The position numbers and the translations under genes were made by a program. Positions 1-12,932 of a stretch of 51,658 nucleotides of DNA are shown piece by piece (position 1 is the first letter of the stretch; every line of letters begins with the position of its first letter). Below the pieces are notes generated by a model. The model made no database searches. It saw only the letters and a program-made list of their open reading frames with translations, and was not told the origin of the DNA. The DNA comes from Pelomyxa schiedti (Eukaryota; Protista; Evosea): the NCBI GenBank assembly GCA_020536535.1, contig JAHLWZ010000627.1, positions 1 to 51,658 of the forward strand, given 5' to 3'.

Positions 1-47
1 CCCTGGCAACTACCTTCACTGGCACACGTGTCTTTCGCTAGAGCCGG

Positions 48-110
48 TTGTATACAAATTTTTTTCCGTTGTATACAAATTTTTTCTAAGTCGATTTTTG
101 TATACAAAAT
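48..110. repeat. Three copies of the palindrome TTGTATACAA (48-57, 69-78, 98-107), followed by an AT-rich (TAT/TAA)n tract at about 120-160
   Basis: Read directly. The first two copies continue as TTGTATACAAATTTTTT; the third lies inside a 14-bp perfect palindrome TTTTGTATACAAAA. Confidence 0.85.
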
Positions 111-191
111 CCGCCGTCTATTATAATATTATATTATTATTATTATAATATTATTTTATGTCCCAAATTTTAGACGAAAGTATTCAAATCG

Positions 192-1050
192 TCAGGTCAA
201 CATTTGTATTGACAACGCTTCGTCGGCAGCACACATCGCAACAATCTCAGTTGCAGTGGTAACCGTAGCTATTTTATGTTCGCGACAAGGTTGGGGAAGG
301 AGATAGGCACAGAAAGGGTCACAGACTTTTCCCAAGAACCACACACTTGCTTCCCCTGGAACTGCTACTTTCGGAGCTCTATAGTTAGACATGTCTGGAC
401 GGTAATGTATGACTGGGCCTTGAAGTGAGACTGGGGAAGTCCAATGCAAAGATTGCATTCTCATGATGTATACCTGAGGCATGCAACTACCTCTGACGTA
501 TTCTATTTCCAGAGACATTGCGTTGCAATCAATATGGCCTACTGGTTTCTTATCTCCAGTGCCCCAGTATACGAACTTCTCTGTTGTTGCAGCATTGACA
601 ATATCCCCTCTTGCATTAACTGTGATATACATTTGTGCTTGGGAAAATTCACTCGACTGGCAACACCCTGTAAAATCAAGCTGCACCCGGTAGTTACCAG
701 CAGAGACGTGCCACAAAAACAAGCAAACTTGTTTAACTTGGTATCAATCAGTACACAACTAATCTGGATGTGATTTATTATTATTATTATAATGATTACT
801 CACGCAGTTCTTCACAGAGTACACGAGCAGGAGAGCAGACTCCGCACCGTATGTGCAAAGCGGTTGCAAGAGCCAATGCCTCCATTGTGGGAAATTCGAG
901 GACAACGGGGAATGTGCGTCTTCTGTCATCTGGAAACGGCACCACAAGGTTACGTGCTATTTCGAATGGATTTGTCTGCTCAATGAGCTCCAACTGCACC
1001 CGAGGAAGTTGGTTTACCCTCAACCTGTCTTGTTCTTCGTTGGCGTACAT
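192..1050 (-). CDS. Hypothetical protein with an 'ALATALHIRCGVCSPARVL' F-box-like/lineage-expanded motif (spliced)
   Basis: ORFs 796..1068 and 192..722 linked through GT-AG introns; ATG at 1050. The HxRCGxxSPARxL motif resembles one I recall as recurrent in protist hypothetical proteins. Confidence 0.6.
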
Positions 1051-1325
1051 CCGTGATAGAGGAAGCATTTGGCTGAATAAAAAAAAAAACCGGACCGCGT
1101 TTAAGGAAAAGTACAGCGTTCCGGTCTGTTGATTATGTTATTCCGCCATTTGTTGTTTCTCGGTATGGCAAAAAAAGGAAAACGGTATATTTCGGAAGCG
1201 CGGAGCACTCATGCCGGGTCTGTGGCGGTGTGTGAAGGATGGCTTGGTGACCTGCATCAAAGGTACAACCTCCTCCCACAAGTGTGTTTCGGTAGAGTGA
1301 CGTCCACACACCAGGCAACGTGGAC

Positions 1326-3901
1326 ATGCGGTCGCTGCAGAGCCCGACGGCCGAAATCGCACCCGAAGCGCAGCTGCAACTGCGATCGAGCGGTGTCGGA
1401 GTCGCGGCCGGCGTTCAGATGCGCCTCACGCCCGTCGACGACGACGAGGAGTCCCGCGGCCGCGATAGCGATCGCGATCGCGATCGCGACTTGGAAGGAA
1501 TCGCCGACGAAGCCACAGTTGTTGTTTCAAGTGCAAGTGCAACTTCACGCTCACGTTCAAATTCCAATGCAACTGCAAGTGCAAGGAGCGGCCACTACGA
1601 CCGCGACGATGGTGACGGCCCTGCGGAGGGCGCAGGATCGAGACCGGCAGCCGGCGGTGTGGCTTTGAAGGCCGACGATGTCCCGCCGATTCACTATTGT
1701 GTGTTGATGGGGCTGCAGCACTATGTGACTATGTTTGGGGGGACACTCTCTCAGCCTTTTGTGATCGCTGGTATGCTTGTTTTGTATTTGGGTTTTTTTT
1801 TTTCTTCTTCTTCTTTCTTTGCCTTTGTTTTTGGTAAAAATTGAGGCAGATGCTCTTGGGATAGACTCTTCTGGGTTGGCTCTGTTGATTTGCACTGTGT
1901 TTTTTGTAAGTGGCATTTGTACCGTTTTGCAAACTACTTTGGGTAACAGACTTCCAATTGTTCAAGGAGGGTAAGTTCACTATCCTTATTACCCTAACAC
2001 TAACCTTTTCCCTCAGAACTTTCACTTTTCTATCCCCAGCCATTAGTATTTTGAATCTTCCGAGTTTGGCTGGCCAGCCTTGGCAAGTTAAAATGAGGAC
2101 TTTGCAAGGCGCTATTATCTGCGGGGTACCTTACTTTGCCACAACACGGGAAACCCCACAACAACCACTGAGTCTCAACATCTAATCGCGCTTCATCCGT
2201 CGTGCACATACATTGCTTTTCATTCTCAGAATCAATTCCAGGCGATTATGGAGTTCGCGGTTGGGTTTTTGGGCGTCACTTCGCTTCTATTGCAGTAAGC
2301 CTCATCACAAATAATCATTTTGAAAAATCATATTAATAGGCTCTTGAGTCCAGTTAGTGTTGGCCCGGTTATTTGCATGATTGGGCTTGCTATATATCCA
2401 GTAGCTGCCCCTGAAGCTGGTCTTGATTGGTATATTGGCGGGACAACTATTCTACTGATAGTCCTCCTCTGCCAATTCATTCCACGAGTCAAGGTTCCAA
2501 AAATGGTGTTATGAGAAAATCTTATAACCCCAAAAGAGGCTTCAGCGATTCTTTGTGGTCCGACTGATTTCAATGTTCTCAATTCTCATTGCCCTTATCC
2601 TGGTGTGGTTAGTGTGTCTCATTCTTTCTCTAGTCGGTGTTTACAATGAAGGTTACAGACTGACCAGTAATTGTTTTCTCATTATCACCAGGTGATGCTT
2701 CATACACTACTTTTGAGACAATGAAAGAAGCACCATGGTTCAGAATTCCATATCCTTGTCAATGGGGGATTCCTACTTTCCAATTTGTGGCTGCTTGTGC
2801 CATTATTCCTGCATATCTCACTAGTATCGCTGAATCCATGTAAGCAAGGGGTATTGCCATAAGTAACCATCTTAAAAAAACTCAAGCCCATTTTAGTGGG
2901 GACTATTATGCTTGCTCCCAAGTTATTGGTGCCCCTATTCCAAATAGTAAAGTTTCATCCCTTGGAATTGGAATGGAAGGTACCTTCCTCACGGAATTAT
3001 ACTGCTCTAAGCAATACAAGGATTTGGTTGTCTGATTGCAGGGCTAGTTGGCACAGGAAACGGGACTACATCCTATTCAGAGAATATTGCCGCGATATCA
3101 GTCACTCGTGGTAACATCTTGTGTTGTTGGCTTATACATGACATATGCCAAGTTGGAAGCCGAAGAGTCATTCAGGTTGCAGGTTGCGTTATGATCATTC
3201 TAGGAATGTTCGGGAAACTTGGCGGATTCTTTGCTTCACTACCGAAGCCTGTTATTGGAGGCACTCTTTGTTCGATGTTCAGCATTATTGTCTCTGTGGG
3301 TCTTTCCTCTTTACAGGTAAGAAGTTAAACCAAGTTCACCCATTATTAAATTTGGTGCAGCATGTGAACCTGTACTCTCCGAGAAATCAGTTTGTGATTG
3401 GCTTTTCGCTGTTAATGGGATTGTCTGTTCCCAAATACTTCCAAGGTAAGTCTGCATAGGCTCTGAATTCCGAATAACATTCAAAAAGCTTTCCCAGTGG
3501 ATTTCCCCAATGCACCCACGTTAGCCGATTTGATTAACACTCTGTTTTCCACCAGCATGACTGTCACTCTGCTTCTCGGTGTCTTGTTAGATAACTTACT
3601 TCCAGGTAACAGAACCTCACTCAGCCAACAAAACTAACTCCGATAAGGCACAGCCGAGGAGCGCGGGCTTCATACATGGGGAATATCCGCCACCTCCCGC
3701 TCATCGACAACACACCTATGGCACGGCATTGACATAAGCTATTGGCAGTGGGTTTACCATTGCTTTGCGTCACTGCCTACAATTCCAAACAATCTAACTA
3801 TTTGGTTTAATCACACGTTCACTAGCCATACCCCTTCTGCACCACATGAAATGCCCCCTTCCACAGCCCTTGTTTCTAATACTACCAAGAATACACCATA
3901 A
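1326..3901 (+). CDS. Nucleobase/ascorbate permease (NCS2 / SLC23 / xanthine-uracil permease family), multi-exon
   Basis: Spliced translation has GLQHYVTMFGG, LQTTLGNRLPIVQGGTFTF, APWFRIPYPCQWG, ESIGDY, GNGTTSYSENIAAISVTRVGSRRV (NAT signature) and LDNLLPGTAEERG. All introns are GT-AG; TAA at 3899-3901. Confidence 0.95.
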
Positions 3902-3971
3902 AAAAGCAAAATTTTTGTTATGTATTTTCTTTTGTTTACAACACGGCCCAGCCCACAAGAAAAGTTGTGGG

Positions 3972-6618
3972 TCATTTTGAGGCCTCAATAAAGGTAACAG
4001 TCAAATCCAGCTCCCCCATGCCCTGAACTGGAACATTTAGCAATTCAAACCGGGGGTATTCATCAATGTTGGATTTCGCCATTTCTTCCAGAATTTCTAC
4101 GTATTCCTGGTCATTGTGTTTTGCACCACTGGGTCCTTTGGAGGCTGTGTTTGTGTTGGCTGATGATGTAGCTAAGTCAGTGACTATTGTGCACTGCAGT
4201 TGCCCGCCTCCAGAGCATTTTTCTTGTGACAATTCTCTAACTGCTTGCATTTTTCCAATGGACTGACACCGCGCCGCCAAGTTTACCTATAGAATAGGAA
4301 GATAAGGGAAGGGAGATACTTCATTTCTTTGAGAAGCTATTAGTAGTTTTAATTACGAAGAATAAAAAGTGCATACCGCTGATCCCACTACATCGGGACT
4401 AATAAGGTACTCTGTTTTAAACAATCCATGCAGAGCGGGGCCAGTTGTCAGGCCAATTCTCACCACTAATCTCCAACCAGTAGCTCTACCTGCCAGTAAG
4501 TACTGTACTTCTGTATCCATAGCCGACACAGCTTCCCCTATTTTCAAGGCGGCGGCGTATGCTATCACAGGGAGCTGCTTCTTCTCTCTCTCTTTCTCAA
4601 TCTCCAACTTGAATCCCCAAGTCAAAAACACTCCATCTCCAAGTCTCTTGACGAGAACATTGTCATCTAATATTCGTGCTGCACGTTCAGTCGTTGTATA
4701 AAAAACCTCCAGTACTCTGGCCGCAACATCAGGAGGCACTGCCTCGCAAAGTGGGGTAAAATCTATTGAGAAGGGTGAAAAAAAATTGTTGCTGTGTTAA
4801 ACTAGTACTCTCGATATCACAGAACATATAGCAGCCAAGTCTCCTTGATAGCGTTGACTGTAACACTTTTTCATCTTGTAATCCCTTGCCACAGACAGCT
4901 TTTGCCACCACCGGCAAAAATGCGCTTACTATCTTGACTTTGCCTTCAAGCCAATCTAACTTATGAAGTATAAGCCCAATTTCAGTGAGGTGGCTCATGA
5001 AATTGAATCTCCCGTGTATGGGTCTGGCAGAAACTTGTTCTTCATCCGACGGGTGTATCTTGGAATGACCCGGACCCGGTGACACGTGTTCTCCTCCAAT
5101 GTGAGTGCTTATGATTCCTTGTATTTTGGACATAACTTCCCATTGCCCAAGGAAGGTTAGGACAGCAACCAAGCCACCCAGAACTATTGCCAGAACTAAT
5201 CCAATGACAAGGGATTGTGTGACTCCCGCAGTTGCATCTTTGTAAGTCTGATCGAAATAAGGCAAATCTGTGAAAGTGGGGAGTAGGTTGTTCCATTACA
5301 GACTGAACAAGTTAACTATGCAAAAAGTACCAAGAACGAGAACAGCAATACAAGAAAAACCGTCTGCAGAGTGAATTGCGGCAAATGAGACCAAGTATTT
5401 CTCGTTCTTGGTTGTTATTACGGAACGATTCGATGTTGAAAGAACCAGTTCGTCCTCGGTAATATTCAATTCCTGCCACGCATCTTGCACATATCTGACA
5501 CCCTCCAAGGAAGAATTAGATACATTAAGCTGACTCACAGTTCCGTTTGTTATAATAGCATTCTCACAGCTACTAGATATGATTCCAAACGAGTACTGCA
5601 TCAGGAATGCACAAATCACACCAGGCCCCACGGTGTGTGTGAACAGATCTCCCAGTTCGTCAGCGGTTACACTGACCTGAAGTGCACCCCGAAGCACAGA
5701 TGAATCCGAAGGGTCATGCCACCCTGCCTTTAATTCCGCACTGAGCGAAATGGAGCCGTGGGCATTTCGGAGCAAAATGGGCCCCCAAACTGGGTCCTTA
5801 CCGCTAGATACGGCGGAGATTTCGTCCGTAGAAAACCTGTACAAGTACGGTGAAGAACTTGTTTCCGCCGAGAGGGGAGTCCCAGAACTCCAGTCTATTT
5901 CCAGAGTCACATCATCGAACGAGTACATCAGAACAGTCAGATTTGACAGGTCATATCCCCTCTGCACAATCGCAGCAGAGAACAACCCCCCAGTACTTTT
6001 CTTCGAGAGCAGAACGACGATTCCATCCTGGGCGTACATAATCATTGTGTATCCGCAGCTGGTGGTGACTGAGAAGACACCCAGCCCCCGCTCCAAGAAC
6101 ACCTCCACGTCTGTTTTGTTCGCAATCCGAGGCAGGAAATCCACGTTGATAGAGGCACCTCTCATGGCCCTCTCGCACTTGTCCACACTCAAGGAAGCTC
6201 GGTCCTTGAGCCCCCAGGTCAGGGACTCCACGGTCTGGTTCACGTAACGGTTTCTGAGGCTTACCATTCCGCCGGCGACCGATCCTTGCCACATCAAAAC
6301 CGCCGGCACGACCGCCTCTATGCAGGCTATGACGAGCACGGCGGCCGAGAGCGAGCACACGACTTTGGCGGCGACGCCCAGGACGAGGAGCAGGCCCCGG
6401 ACCGGCGCCGAGTGCTTCCTGTACTTGTGGGAGGAGACCACCAGGACGCCCAGGGAGGAGACCGAGGACGCGGCCGAGTTGGACGCGGAGCTGCCAGGGG
6501 TGGTGTCGGGGTTCGGCCCTGACGACGCGGACGAGGAGGTGCCACTTATCCATAGGGAGGAGGCACTGTTGGTGTTTGGGTTTGTGTTGGTTGCTGGGGC
6601 CGTGGTGGTGGCGGCCAT
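3972..6618 (-). CDS. Receptor-type class III nucleotidyl (adenylyl) cyclase: TM - extracellular sensor - TM - cyclase domain
   Basis: Catalytic motifs MFCDIE, VKRLGDG, VRIGLTTGP and DVVGSAV/NLAARCQS. Two hydrophobic segments flank a large luminal region. Lys in VKRLGDG favours ATP as substrate. Confidence 0.88.
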
Positions 6619-7044
6619 ATCTTGTATCGGTGTGTCAGTTTGGTTGTGTTGGGTGGTTCTCTCTTGGGGAGGTAGGAGAAAAAAAACCAAAAGTCTTTAC
6701 TGTGGTAGGCTAAACATGATCTTGTTCGTTGCCGAGAATGGGTTATCTCCGTTTTTCAAAAGTGATCTGGCTACAAATTTGGGCAAAACACCAGGTTGAC
6801 GCCAACGAAACACTTTTCGAGTACCTCTTGACTGCGCGCCGAAAATACCCGTAGTCCTGGAATTTCCCTCGTCCACTCTGTTGGCGGAAGACTGATGAAC
6901 AGTGGCGCTTGGTACTGAAGTACCAACACATCTGGGAGGTCTAAACGCACATACCTCCTGAGATCAAGTTCTGGCCATCCATTTGGAGATTCTCCCAATC
7001 GATCTAAACAAGCGAACCGACACTTTCAACTACAAACCAAACGA

Positions 7045-7302
7045 ATGTCACGAGTACTGACCGAGCAACGGGAGGTAAGCGGCGCGACGTTGGACTATTT
7101 GAGGCGACAGTGGTCCACAGTTGCATCCGACCCTGATTTAACAGTTGCGATCCATTAAGCATTCAAGCTAGTTATAACTGACTTTTTTTTTTCTGACACA
7201 TAGGTTGTGGATGCTAGGCAAATTGTTCCCTGTAATTCTATGCAGGATGCCTTCGAGACATTAAGGACCAACCTAGAGGCAGCTCTAAGTGTGTTCTATT
7301 AA
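7045..7302 (+). CDS. Possible two-exon micro-protein (MSRVLTEQRE/VVDARQIVPCNSMQDAFETLRTNLEAALSVFY)
   Basis: ATG at 7045, strong donor GAG|GTAAGC at 7075, branch/pyrimidine acceptor ending at 7203, in-frame join, TAA at 7300-7302. No recognisable homology. Confidence 0.25.
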
Positions 7303-8064
7303 TTTTATGATATTATCCGTAATGAGACCTATCCTATTAGGAAAAAAATAATTTCATAATAAACCTTTCTGGGGTTTTTCCTTACGTTCTTCACTAGATA
7401 GACGAAGGCAACCTTTGGTAACGAAACAATTATGGTGTTGTCCTGCTGATGAGCACATTGAGAACACTATCGCTTATGGCTTTTCCGGCAACTTTGTGGT
7501 GGAGTACTGCAGCTCTTTTTTTTTAAGATTAGGGAGTTGCTATGCCAAAATTAACTTATACTTAGGGTTATGTGCCAACCTTTTTCGTGGATCCATGCAA
7601 AGCAGCAAGATGGGGTTTCTCACGTGTCAATAAAATGCTTCTATGCAGAGTTGCACTTGGAACGCCAGGCACTTTTCCTTGTCAAACAGACCAATCCCCA
7701 TTAACTTAAAAACGAGTACTCAACAATCACTTGCAGGCCAAGACTATGAAGAAGTGCACGGCCGCTACACCCTTCATTCTCGCACAGCTCTGCCAGCTTT
7801 TGTTGTCACATATGCATCATCCAGACCACCTCCAGAGCTCGCCAACCGTGTGTAACATAATTTCTTCTGGACCTATCTAACACAACACCAAACTCAGCTC
7901 AATCCGATAAAAAAGTGTGCCAGTCTTGTGGAAGTGGTGATAATGAAGCTGATGATAAATTCTGTAGCAACTGTGGCTCAAGAATTGAGTAGTACCACAC
8001 AAAAAGGCTTTTTTCCTTCAATGTTTACATGTTCTCATACTTCTTTTTTTTTTGTTGGTACCCG

Positions 8065-11000
8065 TCAACTGTCAAGAGGTTCGGGAAGGGAGTCAAATCC
8101 AAACTAAATGTGATTAGAAGTAGTCAGTAAAAGGTTCATTGTACTTTGGTGTAGGCAGTCTTCCACCACGAGCGGAATTGAGGCCTGGTGAGCTTCATTT
8201 CTCCTTCAGATACAACTTGCATGGTTTCTCTGAGAAATATGAGTGGGAACAAATGGGGATCAGTCATAGGATACATAATGTCAAAGTGGCTGAGTTTGAT
8301 GTTTGATATGGCAAGGAGGTCTTTAAAGAATAGACAGAATTCGTCCAAATCGAGGTAGTTATTGTGATCCGCGTCATATTTGCTGCCAGTTTGGGTTTAG
8401 AAAATCAGGTGTATGACAGACAATGTTACTCAAAAAGGTTGTTTGCACTGACACTGATCGGGTCTGCAATTGCCGTACTGGCTGCCTTTCTGCAAGCCGA
8501 TACTGTTGGTCTTGTACTGGCATGCCATCCACCTTTTTGAGGTACCTGAGGGGAAGCTGATTCTGTTGGTGATGATGTGGAAGCTGTTGGTGCCTTCGAT
8601 GTGAATGATGAATGAAGACTGATCCCGGGGTTACCTCGTGGTGGAAGTTTAGGAGTGTTGGAGGTGGCTTCTGACTGTGTAGAAGTAAGATCACTTCTTG
8701 TGACTTGTGTCTGTGTTACAGTTGTGTTTGTTGCGGGACTGGAATGCATATTAGGGGAGGGCAGAGGCCGGACCCGTGGTGGTGGTTGTGGCTGAGCTGG
8801 TTCTGATCGCCGCAGCGAAGAAGAGGGAGACGGTCTGGCCGGGGGAACTGGAGGTTGTGGGTGATTTTGCGCAGTCTGGAGTGGTGGTGTGGTAGGAGTA
8901 GGTGGTACTGGGCGGGAGGTTTGTGGTGATTGGGAACCAAATTTTGGAGGTGGCTGTGGCCGATACGGGGGTGGGGAAGTGGATGGGTCTGCAGGTGAAG
9001 ACCTTGGGGGAACAGGCCGGGAAAGCTTTGGAGATGGGTTGGTGAGTGCGACACCAGTGAGGGGTGGAGTGGTGCAAGGTAATGAAGGAGAAGAAATTAT
9101 GGGGGAAGTTAAATTGGCAGTGATTTCAGGGAAAAAAGATTCACACTTCTCAATGATAGCAGCATGAAGTGTAGTGAAAACTGATAGGTGGGAAAGAGTT
9201 GCTGCTGCGTCACTTTTTGTTAAAAAAAAATTAAAATCAGAAAGTATTCTTTAAAGGATTCTTACGCAGTAGGATCCCAAAGAATATTCGGGCCAATAAC
9301 AATGGCTTGATGTGTGGGAGTTATCAGAGATTTTGATGCTGAAGCTTACACACCTAAATTTCCAGGAGTCATCTTATTAACTTCTGATTTATTCTTGATG
9401 AGAACAAGTAGCCGTAATATCTCTAGATAGAGGGCCAAGTTGAAACTAGGGATACTGAAAATATGTCTTCGCACATCTGCACTATTGAGGGGACCAGATT
9501 CTGAAACTCCATAAATGAAAAAAAAAAAAAAGAAATGAAAGGAAACCTACGGCCAATTTGCAGCAAAGGATTGTATAACTGCAAAGTTAGAAGCGGTTCT
9601 GGAAGTTCTCGGAGGAACCTTGAAGTGTAAATTTTTTTTCCTAAGTGGGTGCTCATACTCCTTTAAAACGGTGGCAGAATCGTGCACAGTGACACCCGGT
9701 TGTACTATGGCTTCTCCTTTAGCAAGTCTTTCCTTCATTGCGACAGTAGCACTTTTAGCACCTGATAAACGAAAAATTCCGGGTTCTTCAGTACCTTCTC
9801 TTGCAATGTGATCTAAAATTATCAAAGGATAAAATTATTAATGGATAAATGGTCAAGTAATGGTATACCAATCAGGGACATGATAAAGTCAGGGACACAA
9901 TAACGGTGTGCATCTGTTGTATCTGTTGGGCACAGGCCTGACGTGCACACTTTGTTCTCTCTTTGTGCCAACTCAGAAAGAGCAACACCAAAAAACCGTT
10001 CTTTCATTCCTGACCCAGAGGCAGGTTTAAGCATTTTTGTCAAAGCAAAAGTCTTTTCCCCAAAGGGAGCGGTGACTTGCGGAAAAAACTGAGAAAAGAG
10101 CCTACCCATTTCTCGTAGTCTGATATATTTTCTGCACGAGCAAACAATTCACCACGGTCTTGTGTTACCACAAGAAATGAGAGTTGCTGAGCACATAACT
10201 GATCGGCATTACTAAGAATAGTTGATTCAGAGTTAAACTCGACACGGCCACGAGGATCTGTGGCCTCAGCATCCTATTTTACAATCAAAACAATAATTAA
10301 ACAGTAAAAGTGTTATACAGCATAGTAAGTCAACCCTGTTGGAGAAGCTAGGCAGTATCTTTTCTTCCATGTTCTTCTGCCATTGCCTCTTTTCCAAAGC
10401 CAGCCCTGCAGTGAGATATCACTTTTCCCAAGCCTCAAGCGCACGAGAATGTCACCACAAATCTTTGAGAGCTAAGATGCAACTAATATTTACGTGGAAC
10501 CCACTTGTCCATCGCTCTCTTTACCTCGGGATTCTAGAGGAAACCATTTCTCGTAGGTTGTTACTTCACCCAACTGCGTTTGAAGTTAGACCTGAAGTCC
10601 ACAGTACTCGGTCATACACAAGCAGAAATATCAATGCCAACACGACCCAAAAAGTCGTGTGTTGGTTGAAAAAGATCTCGGTCCCAAACGTCAACAGTTA
10701 AGATATCCCCACTCTTGAACTTGGGGAACATAAATATCGCGCTTTTCCAGGCTGGTGACAGTAAGAATTCGTTTATTACCGTAATAAAATAAAGTACTCA
10801 CTGGGCTCTGTCGTTTCTAAACATGCTTTCGTGCGGCACTTTCTCTTCCTCAACTAATGAAGATAAATTTCAACAAGGAAAAAAAAAAGGGAAAGAGTAC
10901 CTGCAGAGTAACGTAGGGATCTCTGGTTCCGGAGTCGTGTTTGGGGGCCAGGCCACGTGCCTTCACAACCTGGATCTCAACAACGTCACCGCTCGCACTC

Positions 11001-11065
11001 CCACCCCCAGTGGAAAGCGACAATTTATTTATGCCACTTGTTATACCGCTCGTTAGCACGTTCAT
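8065..11065 (-). CDS. C2-PH-RhoGAP protein with Pro/Thr-rich linker and C-terminal EF-hand-like region
   Basis: C2: VEIQVVKARGLAPKHDSGTRDPYV...VDVWDRDLF..HDFLG. PH: LQGWLWKRGNGRRTWKKRY. RhoGAP: FFGVALSEL, PGIFRLSG (Arg finger), FLRELPEPLL. EF-like: DHNNYLDLDEF. Confidence 0.9.
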
Positions 11066-11299
11066 TTCCCGGCGCTCCAATCACACAAAGCAAAAATGTT
11101 TTTAAGATCGCAACGGTTCGAGTTTCCCAAACTGACCACTTGTGAGAATGTCCTGTGACTCAGAAACCCTCAGAAAGAGGAGTGCCTTCCTCTCTCATCG
11201 GACAATGTGATCCACTCCTTGAGACAGTTCAATTCATCCTGGAGAAAGCAGAAGCAAGGAAAAGGACCCTGAAGAAAACCGTTCTCTCACCGTTGCTTC

Positions 11300-12871
11300 A
11301 TGTCAACGTCTACGACTACGACTGCGACCACAACGGCCGAGAGCAGACACTCAGCAGGTCACTTTGACCACGTGTCGTCGTGGTACAGCACAGTGTCCGG
11401 GTTCACATGCCAATCCACTTTCGTGCCGATGGACTGGCCCCACGCTGACATTTTGTTGAAAATACGGGCGGCTGCGCGCAATGCAGCCACGATGCTGCGC
11501 TTCGTGACGTCGGACGGCGACGCTGCAACGCAGAAGGCTGAGGAGGCGAAAATCATTGAATCTTGCAGGCCTGAGAAGGTGCTGCTGCCGTCCGAATTGG
11601 AGACTTTGTGTGCGTACTCACTCTGATTCGCGTTGGGCGTACCCATAATCGCCGTCATGCATTTAACTTGGAGTTTCGGTTTTTTTTTTTTTTTTTTTTT
11701 TTTGGCAGCTCAGTTGAAGGCCGGAATTGATGCCGCGATAAGGATATATGGAAATAATGCATTTGTGCGACTTGATACACGGAGCCCTAAAGATGCGGTA
11801 TTTGAAGAGATTCCGCCTACTTTTTTTTTAAAAACGAAAAAATCTTCAGGTATTGGCGGGTCCTATTGTAAAGCAACTGTTGAAATCCGAAATTGAATCA
11901 CATCCACAGTCAAATCCATACTCTTCTGTATGCAGGAAGGGAGTTAGGTTTTATAAGTTCTATCGATGACAGTTCCTAGGAATGCTACACGCAAGATGCC
12001 ATTTTTTATTATATATGTATCAGTAAGGCTCAGATTGTGCACTCGGCTAATGTAATATGTTGGTATCTTTCGGTAGTTTTGATTTGTACTTGAAACAGGA
12101 CGCCATGGAGTTACTGACAAGTTCCAATAGAGTGGAACAAGACCTTACCAACGCCAAACTCCACAATACAGCAGAAGTGCGACCTCCTTGCCTCGTTGTT
12201 AGGGAATGGAAGAACGACATCAGACCAGGCTTGTTGTGTAGGTTTTCCTGCTTTTACTCACTCTTCTTTGAAGAAATGGAGTTTCGGGTGTTTGTCTACA
12301 ACGGGGCCGTTACTGCAATAACGCAATACCATGAAAAGCTTTTTGTTCCAGGTATTTGCATGCATACTTCCAGCAGTGTGTCTCACGCCTAACTATAGAA
12401 ATATTTGCCCACAAAGAAAAGATGACTTCCTTAATTTTGGCAAAGCATAAAGAAATTGCTCCCCTCGTCGTTGCTCCTGGGCACACGTATACATGTGACT
12501 TTGCTATTCTAGGAAGTTCAGAGGAGACATACTCTGCTTTCCTTATCGAGGTTGCAATATGGTGACCTGACATAGCACCAACACTCTGCGAGCCAGATAA
12601 ATGACCCTCCACCAATTGCTGGGACCGCACTTTTCAATTGGGACTTGGATGCTGATCGTAATCTCATAATGAACGGCCCTTTGCAGGTATTCATTTTTCT
12701 GTGACTGCCCTCGATAGTTAAAATGATCTGCAGGTTCGCGTGATAGAGTCGCCAGTTGACTGGAGCCTTCAAACAACACTCCACCCACCATTAAAGCAAT
12801 ACATTGATGAACTGAGACACAGAGGAGCAACAGGGAAACCCCCTGCATCCTCCCCATGCCTCCTCTCATAA
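11300..12871 (+). CDS. CDC123/D123-like (R2K-type) ATP-grasp protein with C-terminal CaaX (CLLS)
   Basis: Motifs AFVRLDTRSPKDA, LLTSSNRV, LVVREW, EFRVFV...TAITQY, CDFAI, LIEIN, GTALFNW..D. The last exon ends ...SSPCLLS-TAA. Confidence 0.88.
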
Positions 12872-12932
12872 AAACAAGGACAAGCAAAGAAATTTTTCTT
12901 TTTTTTTGAAAATAAATTCACTGAGCACTTTA

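Noticed and set aside
48-110. CRISPR-like repeat-spacer appearance
   Set aside because: Repeats are only 10-17 nt with very short spacers, the context is eukaryotic, and there are no cas genes.
1455-1492. (CGCGAT)n self-complementary repeat
   Set aside because: Encodes an RD dipeptide tract in the permease N-terminus; a coding microsatellite.
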